Assembly: GCA_035559715.1 (NCBI GenBank)
Contig: DATMAW010000044.1
Span: 1 to 59,270, forward strand
Source: Gemmatimonadales bacterium
GTDB taxonomy: Bacteria > Gemmatimonadota > Gemmatimonadetes > Gemmatimonadales > GWC2-71-9
Length of the DNA: 59,270 bases
Direction: 5' to 3'
Shown: positions 35,534-44,453 of the stretch, piece by piece
How the letters are laid out: every line of letters begins with the position of its first letter
Position numbering within the stretch: the first letter of the stretch is position 1
Position numbers and translations under genes: made by a program
Notes under the pieces: model-generated
Told to the model about the DNA's origin: nothing
The model's input: the letters and a program-made list of their open reading frames with translations, nothing else
The model's database searches: none

Positions 35534-36751
35534 ATGCGATTACACGTCGCTATCGCGGTGGGTCTGACGGGCGGGCTGCTGTTTGGACTTGCGGTGTCCG
35601 TCTCGGGATCCCCCACACTCCTCGCCTTTGTGAACGCACTCGAGCCCCTTGGCCGCGGGTTTGTGAACCTGTTGCGGATGGTGGTCATCCCGCTCGTCGC
35701 GACGACGCTGTTCGTGGGCGTGGCCGGGATGGGAGACCTGAAGAAGCTGGGGCGGCTCGGCGCGCTCACCGTAGGGTTCGTGGTCGTTTCAACCTTCGTC
35801 GCCGTACCGATCGGGATGGGAGTGATGCACGCCCTCCTCCCATTGGCGAGCGATGCGGCTGCGCAGGCTGTGACGGGTGCCGCCGCCGAGGCGCCCAAGC
35901 TCCCGACGATGGTGGACTTCCTCGTGGACCTGATCCCGAGCAATCCGTTTCAGGCGGCAGCGCAGGGTGCGTTGCTGCCCATGATCGTGTTCACTCTCCT
36001 CATGGGAGCGGCGACGGGCTCGCTCCCCGAGGCGGACCGCGAGCGGCTGCTCGCCGTCGCGCGTCCGGTCAGCGACGCGCTTATCAAGCTGGTGTACTGG
36101 GCGCTCTGGGTGGCGCCCTTTGGCGTGTTCGCCCTCGCGGCGCAGGTGACGGCGCGTGCGGGGTGGGCGCTCCTCCAGAGTCTGGGCGTTTTCATCCTCG
36201 CCGTGTTGATCGGACTCGTGATCTTCACCGGGGCGGTGTACGTCGGGGCGGCGCGCTGGTGGGGCGGTGTTGCGGTCGGCCGATTCCTCCGGGCCTGTGT
36301 CGGTCCCCAGCTCATCGGCTTCACCACCACGAGTTCGGCGGCAACACTGCCGGCAATCCTGCAGGCCGCAGATCGCGAGCTGGGCCTGGACAAGGGAATC
36401 GCGAGTTTCGTCCTCCCGCTCTCGGCGTCGATCAACCGCGCCGGCAGCGGCTTGTTCCAGGGCGCCGGCGTTGTGTTTCTGGCCTGGCTCTACTCCGTCC
36501 CACTGCCCGCCGCGGCGATCGGTGGCGCGATCCTCTCCACGGCGCTCGTGTCGTTCACCGTGGCTGCCGTGCCGTCAGCCGCCGTGGTGACCCTCGCCCC
36601 GGCGCTAGGACACGTGGGCGTCCCGCTTGACGGCATGGGCGTGCTCCTCGGGGTGGATCGAATCCCGGACATGCTGCGAACCGCGGCAAACGTCACCGGG
36701 CACATGGCCATCGGGACCGTGGCGGAGCGAATCGGCAGCAACAAGGTGTGA
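35534..36751 (+). CDS. Dicarboxylate/amino acid:cation symporter (DAACS/GltP family)
   Basis: 405 aa, multi-TM. The TTSSAATLPAIL hairpin motif and overall glycine/hydrophobic pattern fit the family. Confidence 0.9.
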   Translation: MRLHVAIAVGLTGGLLFGLAVSVSGSPTLLAFVNALEPLGRGFVNLLRMVVIPLVATTLFVGVAGMGDLKKLGRLGALTVGFVVVSTFVAVPIGMGVMHALLPLASDAAAQAVTGAAAEAPKLPTMVDFLVDLIPSNPFQAAAQGALLPMIVFTLLMGAATGSLPEADRERLLAVARPVSDALIKLVYWALWVAPFGVFALAAQVTARAGWALLQSLGVFILAVLIGLVIFTGAVYVGAARWWGGVAVGRFLRACVGPQLIGFTTTSSAATLPAILQAADRELGLDKGIASFVLPLSASINRAGSGLFQGAGVVFLAWLYSVPLPAAAIGGAILSTALVSFTVAAVPSAAVVTLAPALGHVGVPLDGMGVLLGVDRIPDMLRTAANVTGHMAIGTVAERIGSNKV

Positions 36752-36776
36752 GGGTGAGGGACAGGAAGGGAGCGGT

Positions 36777-37184
36777 GTGCTGTTCCGTCTCGTCGCTGAC
36801 GCGCTCGTCGTCCTTCACTTCGCGTTCATCCTCTTCGTCGTTGCGGGGGGATTGCTGGCGTGGCGATGGCCGCGGCTGGCCTGGATCCACGCGCCCGCCG
36901 CGGTCTGGGGAGCGCTCATCGAGTTCCGGGGGTGGACCTGTCCGCTCACGCCGCTCGAGAACCAGTTCCGACGCATGGCGGGAGACGCAGGCTATGCCGG
37001 CGGGTTCATCGAGCACTACGTGATTCCCGTCATCTATCCCTCCGGCCTGACGCAGAGCGTGCAGATTATGCTGGGGCTCTTGGTGATTGCGGTGAACGTC
37101 GCCGTATACGCAGGGCTGTTCGTTCGCCGTCGGGCCAAGAGAGCGTCGGCAGAGAACGTCGGCCCCGTAACCCCCGCGCGCTGA
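36777..37184 (+). CDS. DUF2784-like membrane protein
   Basis: In frame with track ORF 36627..37184. GTG 36777. HFAFILFVVAGGLL..WRWPRLAWIHAPAAVWGALIEFRGWTCPLTPLEN. Confidence 0.6.
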   Translation: MLFRLVADALVVLHFAFILFVVAGGLLAWRWPRLAWIHAPAAVWGALIEFRGWTCPLTPLENQFRRMAGDAGYAGGFIEHYVIPVIYPSGLTQSVQIMLGLLVIAVNVAVYAGLFVRRRAKRASAENVGPVTPAR

Positions 37185-37234
37185 GCAGCGACCGCCGTCC
37201 ACCGATCGTCCCTCGCTGTCCGGTATCTTCCATC

Positions 37235-39073
37235 ATGTCCCTTCCACCGCTGATCCCGCGCACCGTCCTCTTCGGCAACCCCGAGCGCGCCACGCCGCAC
37301 GTTTCCCCGGATGGTCGGCGGCTCTCGTACCTCGCCCCCGTGGACGGTGTGCTCAACGTGTGGGCCGGAGACCGGAGGGCACGGGCCTTCCGTCCGGTGA
37401 CGGAGGACCGCGATCGGGGTGTGCGAGTGCATTACTGGGCCCACGACGCACGGCACATTCTTTATCTCCAGGACGTGGGCGGGGATGAGAACTGGCGCCT
37501 GTTCGCTGTGGACGTGGAGACGCTGGAGCAACGGGCCCTGACGCCGTTCGAGGGAGTGCAGGTACAGATCATCGAGCACGTCAAGCACTTTCCTGACGAC
37601 GTCCTCCTCGGAATCAACCGCGACGATCCGCGCCTGCACGATGTCTATCGGCTTCATCTCCCGACGGGCCGTCTCGACTTGCTGGACAAGAACCCGGGCA
37701 ACGTGGTGGGCTGGCTTCCCGACGCCGACCTCCGCGTCCGCGCGGCTGTTGCCGCGAGTGACGATGCCGGCCTCGACCTGCTCGTTCGCGCCGATCCTGG
37801 AAGTCCCTGGACGCGTGCCGTCCACTGGAGCCCGGAGGACGCCATGACGAGCGGGCCGGTCGCGTTTGCACGAGATGGTCGCTCGATGGTGTTGCGGGAC
37901 TCCCGTGACGCCAACGCCGCCCGACTAGTCCGGCTGGACCTGGGGACGGGCGCCACGACGGTACTGGCGGAGGACCCGGTCCACGATGCCTCCGAGGTCC
38001 TGGTGCATCCGGACACGTACGACGTGCAGGCGGTCTCGTTCGTTCGGGCGCGCCGCGAATGGCGGGTGGTCGATCAGGCGATCCATGACGACCTGGCGGC
38101 GATCGCCCGGATACGGGACGGCGACTTCGTGATCTACGGGCGCACGGATGCGGACGACCTGTGGATGGTGGGCTTCACCGAGGACACCACCGCGGCAACG
38201 TATTATCTGTTCGACCGCGAGACCCGCACTGCCGAGTTCTTGTTCACCGCCCGACCTGCCCTTGAGCAATACACGCTGGCCGAGATGGAACCGGTGTCCA
38301 TTCCGTCGCGGGATGGACTCACCCTGCACGGGTACGTGACCTATCCGCCCGGCGTGTCCCGCCAGCGGCTACCGCTCGTTCTCAACGTGCATGGGGGCCC
38401 GTGGCATCGGGACGTGTGGGGCTTCGATCCCGAGGCACAGTGGTTGGCCAACCGCGGGTATGCGTGTCTTCAGGTCAACTTCCGCGGTTCGACCGGGTAC
38501 GGCAAGCAATTCCTGAATGCCGGCGACCGCGAGTGGGGCGGGAAGATGCACGACGACCTTGTGGACGCGGTGGCGTGGGCGGTGTCGCGCGGGATCGCGG
38601 ACCCGGCCCGCGTGGCGATCTTCGGCGGATCGTATGGAGGGTACGCGGCGCTCGTTGGGGCCACGATGACCCCTGACCTATTCCGCTGCGCAGTCTCGGT
38701 CGTCGGTCCCAGCAATCTGATCACGTTCATTCAGAGTATCCCGCCGTACTGGTCCTCATATCTGTCCATGTTGCACCGTCGCGTGGGCCATCCGGAGGCG
38801 GACGCTGACTTCCTCTTGTCCCGGTCGCCCCTCTCTCACGTTGACCGCATTCGCATTCCCCTCTTGATCGCGCAGGGTGCGAACGACCCGCGGGTGAAGC
38901 GCGCCGAATCGGAGCAGATCGTGGCTGCGCTGCGAGAGAAGGGGATCGAGCACGAGTACCTGCTGTTTGAGGACGAGGGGCATGGTTTCGCCAGGCCCGA
39001 GAACCGCCTAGCCTTTTATGCAGTGGCAGAGCGGTTTCTGGCACGACACCTCGGAGGGCGAAGCGAGGGGTAG
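37235..39073 (+). CDS. S9-family serine peptidase (prolyl oligopeptidase / dipeptidyl aminopeptidase type)
   Basis: In frame with track ORF 36860..39073. ATG 37235. Beta-propeller N-terminal half. Catalytic GGSYGGY, with QGANDPRV and EGHGF contexts for Asp/His. Confidence 0.9.
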   Translation: MSLPPLIPRTVLFGNPERATPHVSPDGRRLSYLAPVDGVLNVWAGDRRARAFRPVTEDRDRGVRVHYWAHDARHILYLQDVGGDENWRLFAVDVETLEQRALTPFEGVQVQIIEHVKHFPDDVLLGINRDDPRLHDVYRLHLPTGRLDLLDKNPGNVVGWLPDADLRVRAAVAASDDAGLDLLVRADPGSPWTRAVHWSPEDAMTSGPVAFARDGRSMVLRDSRDANAARLVRLDLGTGATTVLAEDPVHDASEVLVHPDTYDVQAVSFVRARREWRVVDQAIHDDLAAIARIRDGDFVIYGRTDADDLWMVGFTEDTTAATYYLFDRETRTAEFLFTARPALEQYTLAEMEPVSIPSRDGLTLHGYVTYPPGVSRQRLPLVLNVHGGPWHRDVWGFDPEAQWLANRGYACLQVNFRGSTGYGKQFLNAGDREWGGKMHDDLVDAVAWAVSRGIADPARVAIFGGSYGGYAALVGATMTPDLFRCAVSVVGPSNLITFIQSIPPYWSSYLSMLHRRVGHPEADADFLLSRSPLSHVDRIRIPLLIAQGANDPRVKRAESEQIVAALREKGIEHEYLLFEDEGHGFARPENRLAFYAVAERFLARHLGGRSEG

Positions 39074-39172
39074 GACGGAGCGAGCTTGTGAGACGCCAGG
39101 CGCGGGGGATTTCGATGCACACCATTAGGGTACGCACTGCGCTGCAGGTATTGACCGCCGCCGCGATAGATC

Positions 39173-39649
39173 GTGTTCACCGTGATTTCCATCTATCCCT
39201 ACCTCCCGGGATCGGAGACCGCAGCGTTTCGCGGGATCTCCATCTTCCTCGGGGTTCTCGTGTCCTTCAGTTCGGCCTCGGCCGTCGGCAACATCATCGC
39301 CGGCGTGGTGATGACGTACATGCGTCCATTCCAAGTCGGGGATCGCGTGAAGATCGCTGACACGGTGGGTGACGTCGTGCGGAAGACGTTGCTCGTGACG
39401 CGCGTGCGCACGACCAAGAACGTGGAGGTCACTATCCCGAACTCCATGGTCCTGTCGAGCCATATCATCGACTTCAGCTCGGCGGTCGCACAGGCGAGCG
39501 TGGAGATCATGTCGCCTCACTACAGCGCGCTCCGCGACGGGAATCAGACGACGGTCCCGGCGGAGTACTTGTCGAAGTCGTATCGGCCTCCCGCGTTTCG
39601 GCTGCTTCAGACGGACCAGGTGGCGGAGCCCCGCTCGGGGGCGACGTGA
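39173..39649 (+). pseudogene. MscS-family mechanosensitive channel remnant (N-terminal TMs and most of the alpha/beta domain missing)
   Basis: The 158-aa ORF keeps only TM3 plus the beta domain (GISIFLGVLVSFSSASAVGNIIAGVVMTYMRPFQVGDRVKI...TIPNSMVLSSHIIDFSS). It then jumps to a family C-terminal tail (VEIMSPHYSALRDGNQTTVPAEYL). No TM1/TM2 coding is visible upstream in any frame. Confidence 0.5.
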
Positions 39650-41904
39650 CCGTGGACCGACGACCGGCCTCGGATCAGGTTTCCCGTGCCCGGACTGGGC
39701 AGGGCCGGCTCGTCGTGGTGAGCAACCGGTTGCCGTTTCACACGGTCCGGCGGCGGGAGCGCCTCATCATGGCACCGGCACCGGGCGGACTCGTGTCAGC
39801 CCTGGAGGGGGTGCTGGGTCACTACGAGGGCGTGTGGATCGGCTGGTCCGGGGTGGAGCGTGATGCCCCCGCCGCAGCCAACCTCCGGCTGCCACGCGGA
39901 GAGCGGATGCGATATCGAGCCGTGCCGCTCTCCGGTCATGAGGTGGATCTCTACTACGGCGAGTTCGCCAACCGGACGCTGTGGCCGCTGTTTCATTACT
40001 TCGTGGGGCGCACTCGCATTGAGGGCCGCAGTTGGCGCGTGTACGAGCGGGTGAACCAGCGCTTCGCAGAGGTGGCATTCGCCGAGGCGCAGGAGGCCCA
40101 GCTTGTGTGGGTCCACGACTATCAATTGCTGCGGGTACCACACCACTTGCGACGGCTCCGTCCCCGCTGTGCCATCGGGTTTTTCCTGCACATCCCCTTT
40201 CCGGATGTCGAGGTGTTTCGCGTCTTACCGTGGGCGCCGGAACTGCTCCGTGGCTTGCTGGCGGCGGACCTCGTCGGCTTTCAGGTGCCAAAGTACGCCA
40301 CGCACTTTCTGGCGTGCGTGGAGGAGTTGCTGGGCCTCGAAGTGGACCGAGCAGCTGGTGTGGCGCACTTCGAAGGGCGGGACGTGGCCGTCCAGGCGCA
40401 CCCAATCAGCATTGACGTCGAACGCATTGCGCGGATGGCGGCTCTCGCTCCCGCCGCCAGCCGCGACCCGGATGAACCGAAGACCGTGCTCGGGGTGGAC
40501 CGACTGGATTACACCAAGGGGATTCCCGAGCGGCTGCTCGCCGTCGAGCGGTTCTTCGAGCGATATCCTGCGTGGCGAGGGCGCGTGCGGTTCACGCAGA
40601 TCCTGGTGCCGAGCCGCGAGCGCGTGGCTGAGTACCGGGACCTGAAACGGCAGATAGACGAGATGATCGGCCGAATCAACGGTCGTCTGTCCGACGGGGG
40701 TTGGAGTCCCATCCGGTACCTGGTTCGCTCGCTGCCGACTGAGGAGCTTGTGACCCTGTATCGGCTGGCTGATGTGGCACTGGTAACGCCGCTCAGGGAC
40801 GGGATGAACCTTGTCGCCAAGGAGTACGTCGCGGCGAATGCAGGGGGCAACGGCGTGCTGATCCTCTCGGAACTCGCCGGGGCCGCGCACGAGCTTCCTG
40901 AGGCTCTCATTGTCAATCCGTTCAACATTGATGCCGTCGCGGAGGCGCTGCACGATGCGCTGTCCATGCCCGATGCCGAACGTCGAGCGCGCATGACGGC
41001 GCTGGCTGACCGGGTGCGGCGCAATGACGTGCATTGCTGGACGCGACGATTCCTCGACGCGGCCCGGGAGGCCACGGAGCCGCGGCGTCGGCCGCGGCCG
41101 TCGCCGGCCGACCAGGTGGTCCGACGCCTGGCGCCGTGGCTGGTGCAGCGGCCGGTGCTGGCGCTGTTCCTCGACTACGACGGGACCTTGACGCCCATTG
41201 TGGACCGGCCGGAGGATGCGGTGTTGGCTCCGGAGGCCCGAGAGATTCTGGCGCAAGCCGATCGCGCCGGTCACGTCGAGACGGTGGTGGTATCAGGTCG
41301 GTCGTTGGAGGATATCCGCGCGCGTGTGGGCCTTCCGGAATTGACCTACGTTGGCAATCACGGGCTGGAAATCGAGGGTCCTGGAATCGCTTTTCGGCAT
41401 CCCGACGCCATGCGTTACGAGGACGTCGTGGCGCGCGCTGCGGAAGCTCTCGAGGCGCTGCCGGTGCGCGGCGGTCGGGTCGAGCGCAAGGGTTTGACCC
41501 TGAGCTGGCACGTGCGCGACATCCCCCCCCGCGAGCGCCCCCTCGCCGAGCAGTCCGCGGCAGCCGTCCTGCGACGCGCGGGGCTGGTAGTCACTACGGG
41601 CATCGACGTCATCGAGGGGCGACCGCCGATCGACTGGCACAAAGGCAGTGCGGTGCTCCACGTGTTGGTTCATCGGCATGGTCCGGCGTGGCCCACGCGC
41701 GTGCGGGCCCTGTATGTGGGGGATGACCGGACCGACGAAGACGCGTTCCGCTCGCTGCGCGGATTGGGCCGGTCGATTCGCGTGGGTGGCGTGGCGTCGG
41801 TCGGCGGCGACCGTGGCGCCGTCCTGGCTCTCCCGGATCCCGCCAGTGTGCTGCAGATGGTGCGCCGGCTCGCGTCGCGCGCGCTGCTGGAGGCCGCGGG
41901 ATGA
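39646..41904 (+). CDS. otsA: Bifunctional trehalose-6-phosphate synthase / trehalose-6-phosphate phosphatase (OtsA-OtsB fusion)
   Basis: 752 aa. GT20 part (VVVSNRLPF, VWVHDYQLLRVP, GVDRLDYTKGI, DGMNLVAKEY). HAD phosphatase part (LFLDYDGTLTPIV, YVGDDRTDEDAF). Confidence 0.9.
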   Translation: MTVDRRPASDQVSRARTGQGRLVVVSNRLPFHTVRRRERLIMAPAPGGLVSALEGVLGHYEGVWIGWSGVERDAPAAANLRLPRGERMRYRAVPLSGHEVDLYYGEFANRTLWPLFHYFVGRTRIEGRSWRVYERVNQRFAEVAFAEAQEAQLVWVHDYQLLRVPHHLRRLRPRCAIGFFLHIPFPDVEVFRVLPWAPELLRGLLAADLVGFQVPKYATHFLACVEELLGLEVDRAAGVAHFEGRDVAVQAHPISIDVERIARMAALAPAASRDPDEPKTVLGVDRLDYTKGIPERLLAVERFFERYPAWRGRVRFTQILVPSRERVAEYRDLKRQIDEMIGRINGRLSDGGWSPIRYLVRSLPTEELVTLYRLADVALVTPLRDGMNLVAKEYVAANAGGNGVLILSELAGAAHELPEALIVNPFNIDAVAEALHDALSMPDAERRARMTALADRVRRNDVHCWTRRFLDAAREATEPRRRPRPSPADQVVRRLAPWLVQRPVLALFLDYDGTLTPIVDRPEDAVLAPEAREILAQADRAGHVETVVVSGRSLEDIRARVGLPELTYVGNHGLEIEGPGIAFRHPDAMRYEDVVARAAEALEALPVRGGRVERKGLTLSWHVRDIPPRERPLAEQSAAAVLRRAGLVVTTGIDVIEGRPPIDWHKGSAVLHVLVHRHGPAWPTRVRALYVGDDRTDEDAFRSLRGLGRSIRVGGVASVGGDRGAVLALPDPASVLQMVRRLASRALLEAAG

Positions 41905-43748
41905 CTTACCAGCCCATCGGCGATTACGGGATCATCGGCGACCTGCACACGGCCGTGCTGGTCGGCCGCAACGGATCGATCGATTGGTGTTGTGCCCCGC
42001 GCTTCGATTCGCCCAGCGTGTTCGCAGCGATTCTGGACGACGGACGCGGGGGGCGATGGTCGATCGCGCCGCTCGGCAAGTGGACGTCGGAACAGCGCTA
42101 TCTGCCGGCCACCAACATCCTCGAGACCGCGTTTCACGCGGACGGGGGCGGCGTGATTCAGGTGACCGATTTCATGCCGGTAGGTCCGGCCCGGCAGGGA
42201 CGGAGCGAGATCCATCGGCGCGTGCACTGCCCGCGGGGCGCCGTGACGCTGGCGTCGGTGTTCGAACCGCGTTTCGACTACGCGACCCGGGAGGCGATCT
42301 TCACACGACGCGCGTCCGGGCTCCTCGCCACGGATCATGAAGACGACGTGGCGACGCTCGCGTGGACGGGCGATGTGGAGTGGCGCCACGAGCCCGGACG
42401 GGCCATCGGACGGGTGTCGGTACGCGAGGGCGAGACGGTCTGGTTCGTCATGCGGTTCGACGACGACGAAGTCCATCACATTGATGCCTACGAGTCACAG
42501 AACAAGCTCGATGCAACTGCGCGGTGGTGGGACGCCTGGTCTTCCCGCATGTGCTATGATGGCCCCTATCGCTTGGAAGTGCAGCGCAGCGCCCTGGCGT
42601 TGAAGCTCTGCTGTTACGAACCAACCGGGGCGATCGTCGCGGCTCCCACGATGTCCCTCCCGGAAGAAGCGGGGGGCAGCCGCAACTGGGACTACCGCTA
42701 CACGTGGCTCCGCGATTCGTCGTTCGTGTTGCACGCGCTCAACGTGTTGGGGTACAACGACGAAGCCAACGCGTTCATGCGGTTTCTCAAGCGGGTGTGC
42801 CGTCGCAAGGACGGACGCCACCTGCAGATCATGTTCGCGGTTGATGGCCAGCGAGACATCGCGGAACGGCATTTGGAGCACCTGGAGGGATACCGCGGCG
42901 CCAGGCCGGTGCTGGCCGGGAACGGCGCCGCCGGCCAGTTCCAGCTCGACGTGTACGGGGAGGTGTTGGACACCGCGGCCATCTGGGCGAGGCATCACCA
43001 GATGACCGAAGGGCTGTGGAAGGTGGTGCGTGACCTGGCTGACTGGACGGCCGCGCAGTGGCGCCAACCGGACTGGAGCATCTGGGAGGCCCGCCAGGAG
43101 CCCAAGCACTACGTGTTCAGCAAGGTGATGGCCTGGGTGGCGCTCGACCGCGCGACGCGACTGGCAGAGCGTCTCAAGTTGCCGGGCGATGTGGCACGAT
43201 GGCGGCGGGAGGCGGACGAGCTCCATGCCGAGGTGCAACGCCGTGGTTGGGACCCGGTGCGTGAGACGTTCGTCCAAGCGTACGACGAGCCCCAGGTCGA
43301 CGCCGCGCTCCTCGTCATTCCCAAAGTCCGGTTCTTGCCGCGAAGCGACCCGCGCGTCCGGTCCACGCTCGCCGCCATCCGCCGTGAGCTGGCGTCGGCG
43401 TGCGAAGACCTGATTTACCGCTATCGCGCGGCCGACGGCCTCACCGGCGGCGAAGGAGCATTCGTCGCGTGCAGTTTCTGGATGGTGCAGAACCTCGCCA
43501 TGGTAGGCGAGTTCGCGGAGGCCGAGCGGCTGTTTCGTAATCTGCTGCGGCGCGCGAATCATGTGGGACTGCTGGCCGAGGAGATCGATCCCGCAACCGG
43601 TGAACAGCTGGGGAACTTCCCGCTGGCGCTGTCCCACGCGGCGGCGATCAACACCGCCTACATCCTGGAGCATCTGCGCGGAGATGCCGCGCCGCACGGG
43701 ACCGCGCATTCCAAACCGACTGCCATGGAAAGCTGGCCACTAGCGTAG
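41901..43748 (+). CDS. Glycoside hydrolase family 15 (glucoamylase/trehalase-like)
   Basis: 615 aa. IGDYGIIGDLHTAVLVGRNGSIDWCC, NWDYRYTWLRDSSF. ATG overlaps the otsA-otsB stop (ATGA). Confidence 0.9.
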   Translation: MTYQPIGDYGIIGDLHTAVLVGRNGSIDWCCAPRFDSPSVFAAILDDGRGGRWSIAPLGKWTSEQRYLPATNILETAFHADGGGVIQVTDFMPVGPARQGRSEIHRRVHCPRGAVTLASVFEPRFDYATREAIFTRRASGLLATDHEDDVATLAWTGDVEWRHEPGRAIGRVSVREGETVWFVMRFDDDEVHHIDAYESQNKLDATARWWDAWSSRMCYDGPYRLEVQRSALALKLCCYEPTGAIVAAPTMSLPEEAGGSRNWDYRYTWLRDSSFVLHALNVLGYNDEANAFMRFLKRVCRRKDGRHLQIMFAVDGQRDIAERHLEHLEGYRGARPVLAGNGAAGQFQLDVYGEVLDTAAIWARHHQMTEGLWKVVRDLADWTAAQWRQPDWSIWEARQEPKHYVFSKVMAWVALDRATRLAERLKLPGDVARWRREADELHAEVQRRGWDPVRETFVQAYDEPQVDAALLVIPKVRFLPRSDPRVRSTLAAIRRELASACEDLIYRYRAADGLTGGEGAFVACSFWMVQNLAMVGEFAEAERLFRNLLRRANHVGLLAEEIDPATGEQLGNFPLALSHAAAINTAYILEHLRGDAAPHGTAHSKPTAMESWPLA

Positions 43749-43856
43749 CCCGGCCCCGCGGTGCGCACTCTGGTGCCGAATTTCGGTGGAGCCCTATGAC
43801 CGTACTGCGGCCCGATGGGCTTCTCGGGGTCCACGGGTTTGTGAGGCTGTAGTGGC

Positions 43857-44384
43857 GTGGCCGTGACGCGCGTCCGCTATACCTACCATCGGCCGGGAAA
43901 GCCTTCGGCGATCTATGACGAGTGGCTTGTCCTTGACCGACCGGACGTGAAGGTCCTGCTCCAGGACCAGTACCGCGGGCCCGGGTTGCTTGCCGGCGAC
44001 GAGCGGATTCAGGAATCCGGCGCTCCCATGGTTTGGTTCGTGTTTCCGGAGCGCTGGTACGACATCGCCCGATTCCACTTGCTGGACGGCACCTTCACTG
44101 GCTGGTACACGAACCTGACGACCCCCGTCCGGATCTCTGGCGATTCGTGGTCCGCAACGGATCTGTTTCTCGACCTCTGGACACCCATGACCGGTGGGTC
44201 CATGTGGCTCGATGAGACCGATCTCGAAACCGCCACGCGGGCGGGGACCATCGACCGCGTCACGCGCCAGCGCATCGACAACGAGCGCGCCCTGATTGAG
44301 CTACAGTTGAAGCTTGGCGCCTGGCCGCCCCCGATCACGAGGGACATTGACCTGGCTCAGGCGCTGCGCTTGCGCGGCGCTTGA
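43857..44384 (+). CDS. DUF402-domain protein
   Basis: WYDIARFHLLDGTFTGWYTNLTTP...DLFLDLW...LDETDLE pattern. Confidence 0.65.
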   Translation: MAVTRVRYTYHRPGKPSAIYDEWLVLDRPDVKVLLQDQYRGPGLLAGDERIQESGAPMVWFVFPERWYDIARFHLLDGTFTGWYTNLTTPVRISGDSWSATDLFLDLWTPMTGGSMWLDETDLETATRAGTIDRVTRQRIDNERALIELQLKLGAWPPPITRDIDLAQALRLRGA

Positions 44385-44453
44385 GCGTTTTGCACCACTC
44401 TGCAATGAAATGATGACGGCGCGACACGGACGCGGCCTTACCCTGGGCCCGCC

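Noticed and set aside
35482-36630. A 382-aa plus-strand ORF in an alternative frame of the DAACS transporter gene (similarly 30171..31322 over the ZIP gene, 12467..13579 over yidC, and 28758..29471 over polA)
   Set aside because: These are alternative-frame artefacts. The products are Arg/Gly/Ala-rich, and the overlapping frames encode well-recognised proteins.
42495-43709. A 404-aa minus-strand ORF antisense to the GH15 gene
   Set aside because: Same reasoning. The plus strand encodes a complete GH15 protein with conserved blocks, while the antisense product is low-complexity.
43776-43786. A CCGAATTTCGG palindrome (inverted TTCGG half-sites) between the GH15 gene and the DUF402 gene
   Set aside because: Its architecture (an inverted repeat with a 1-nt spacer) differs from the TTCGG-N6-TTCGG direct repeats. 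It is a single short occurrence that could arise by chance.
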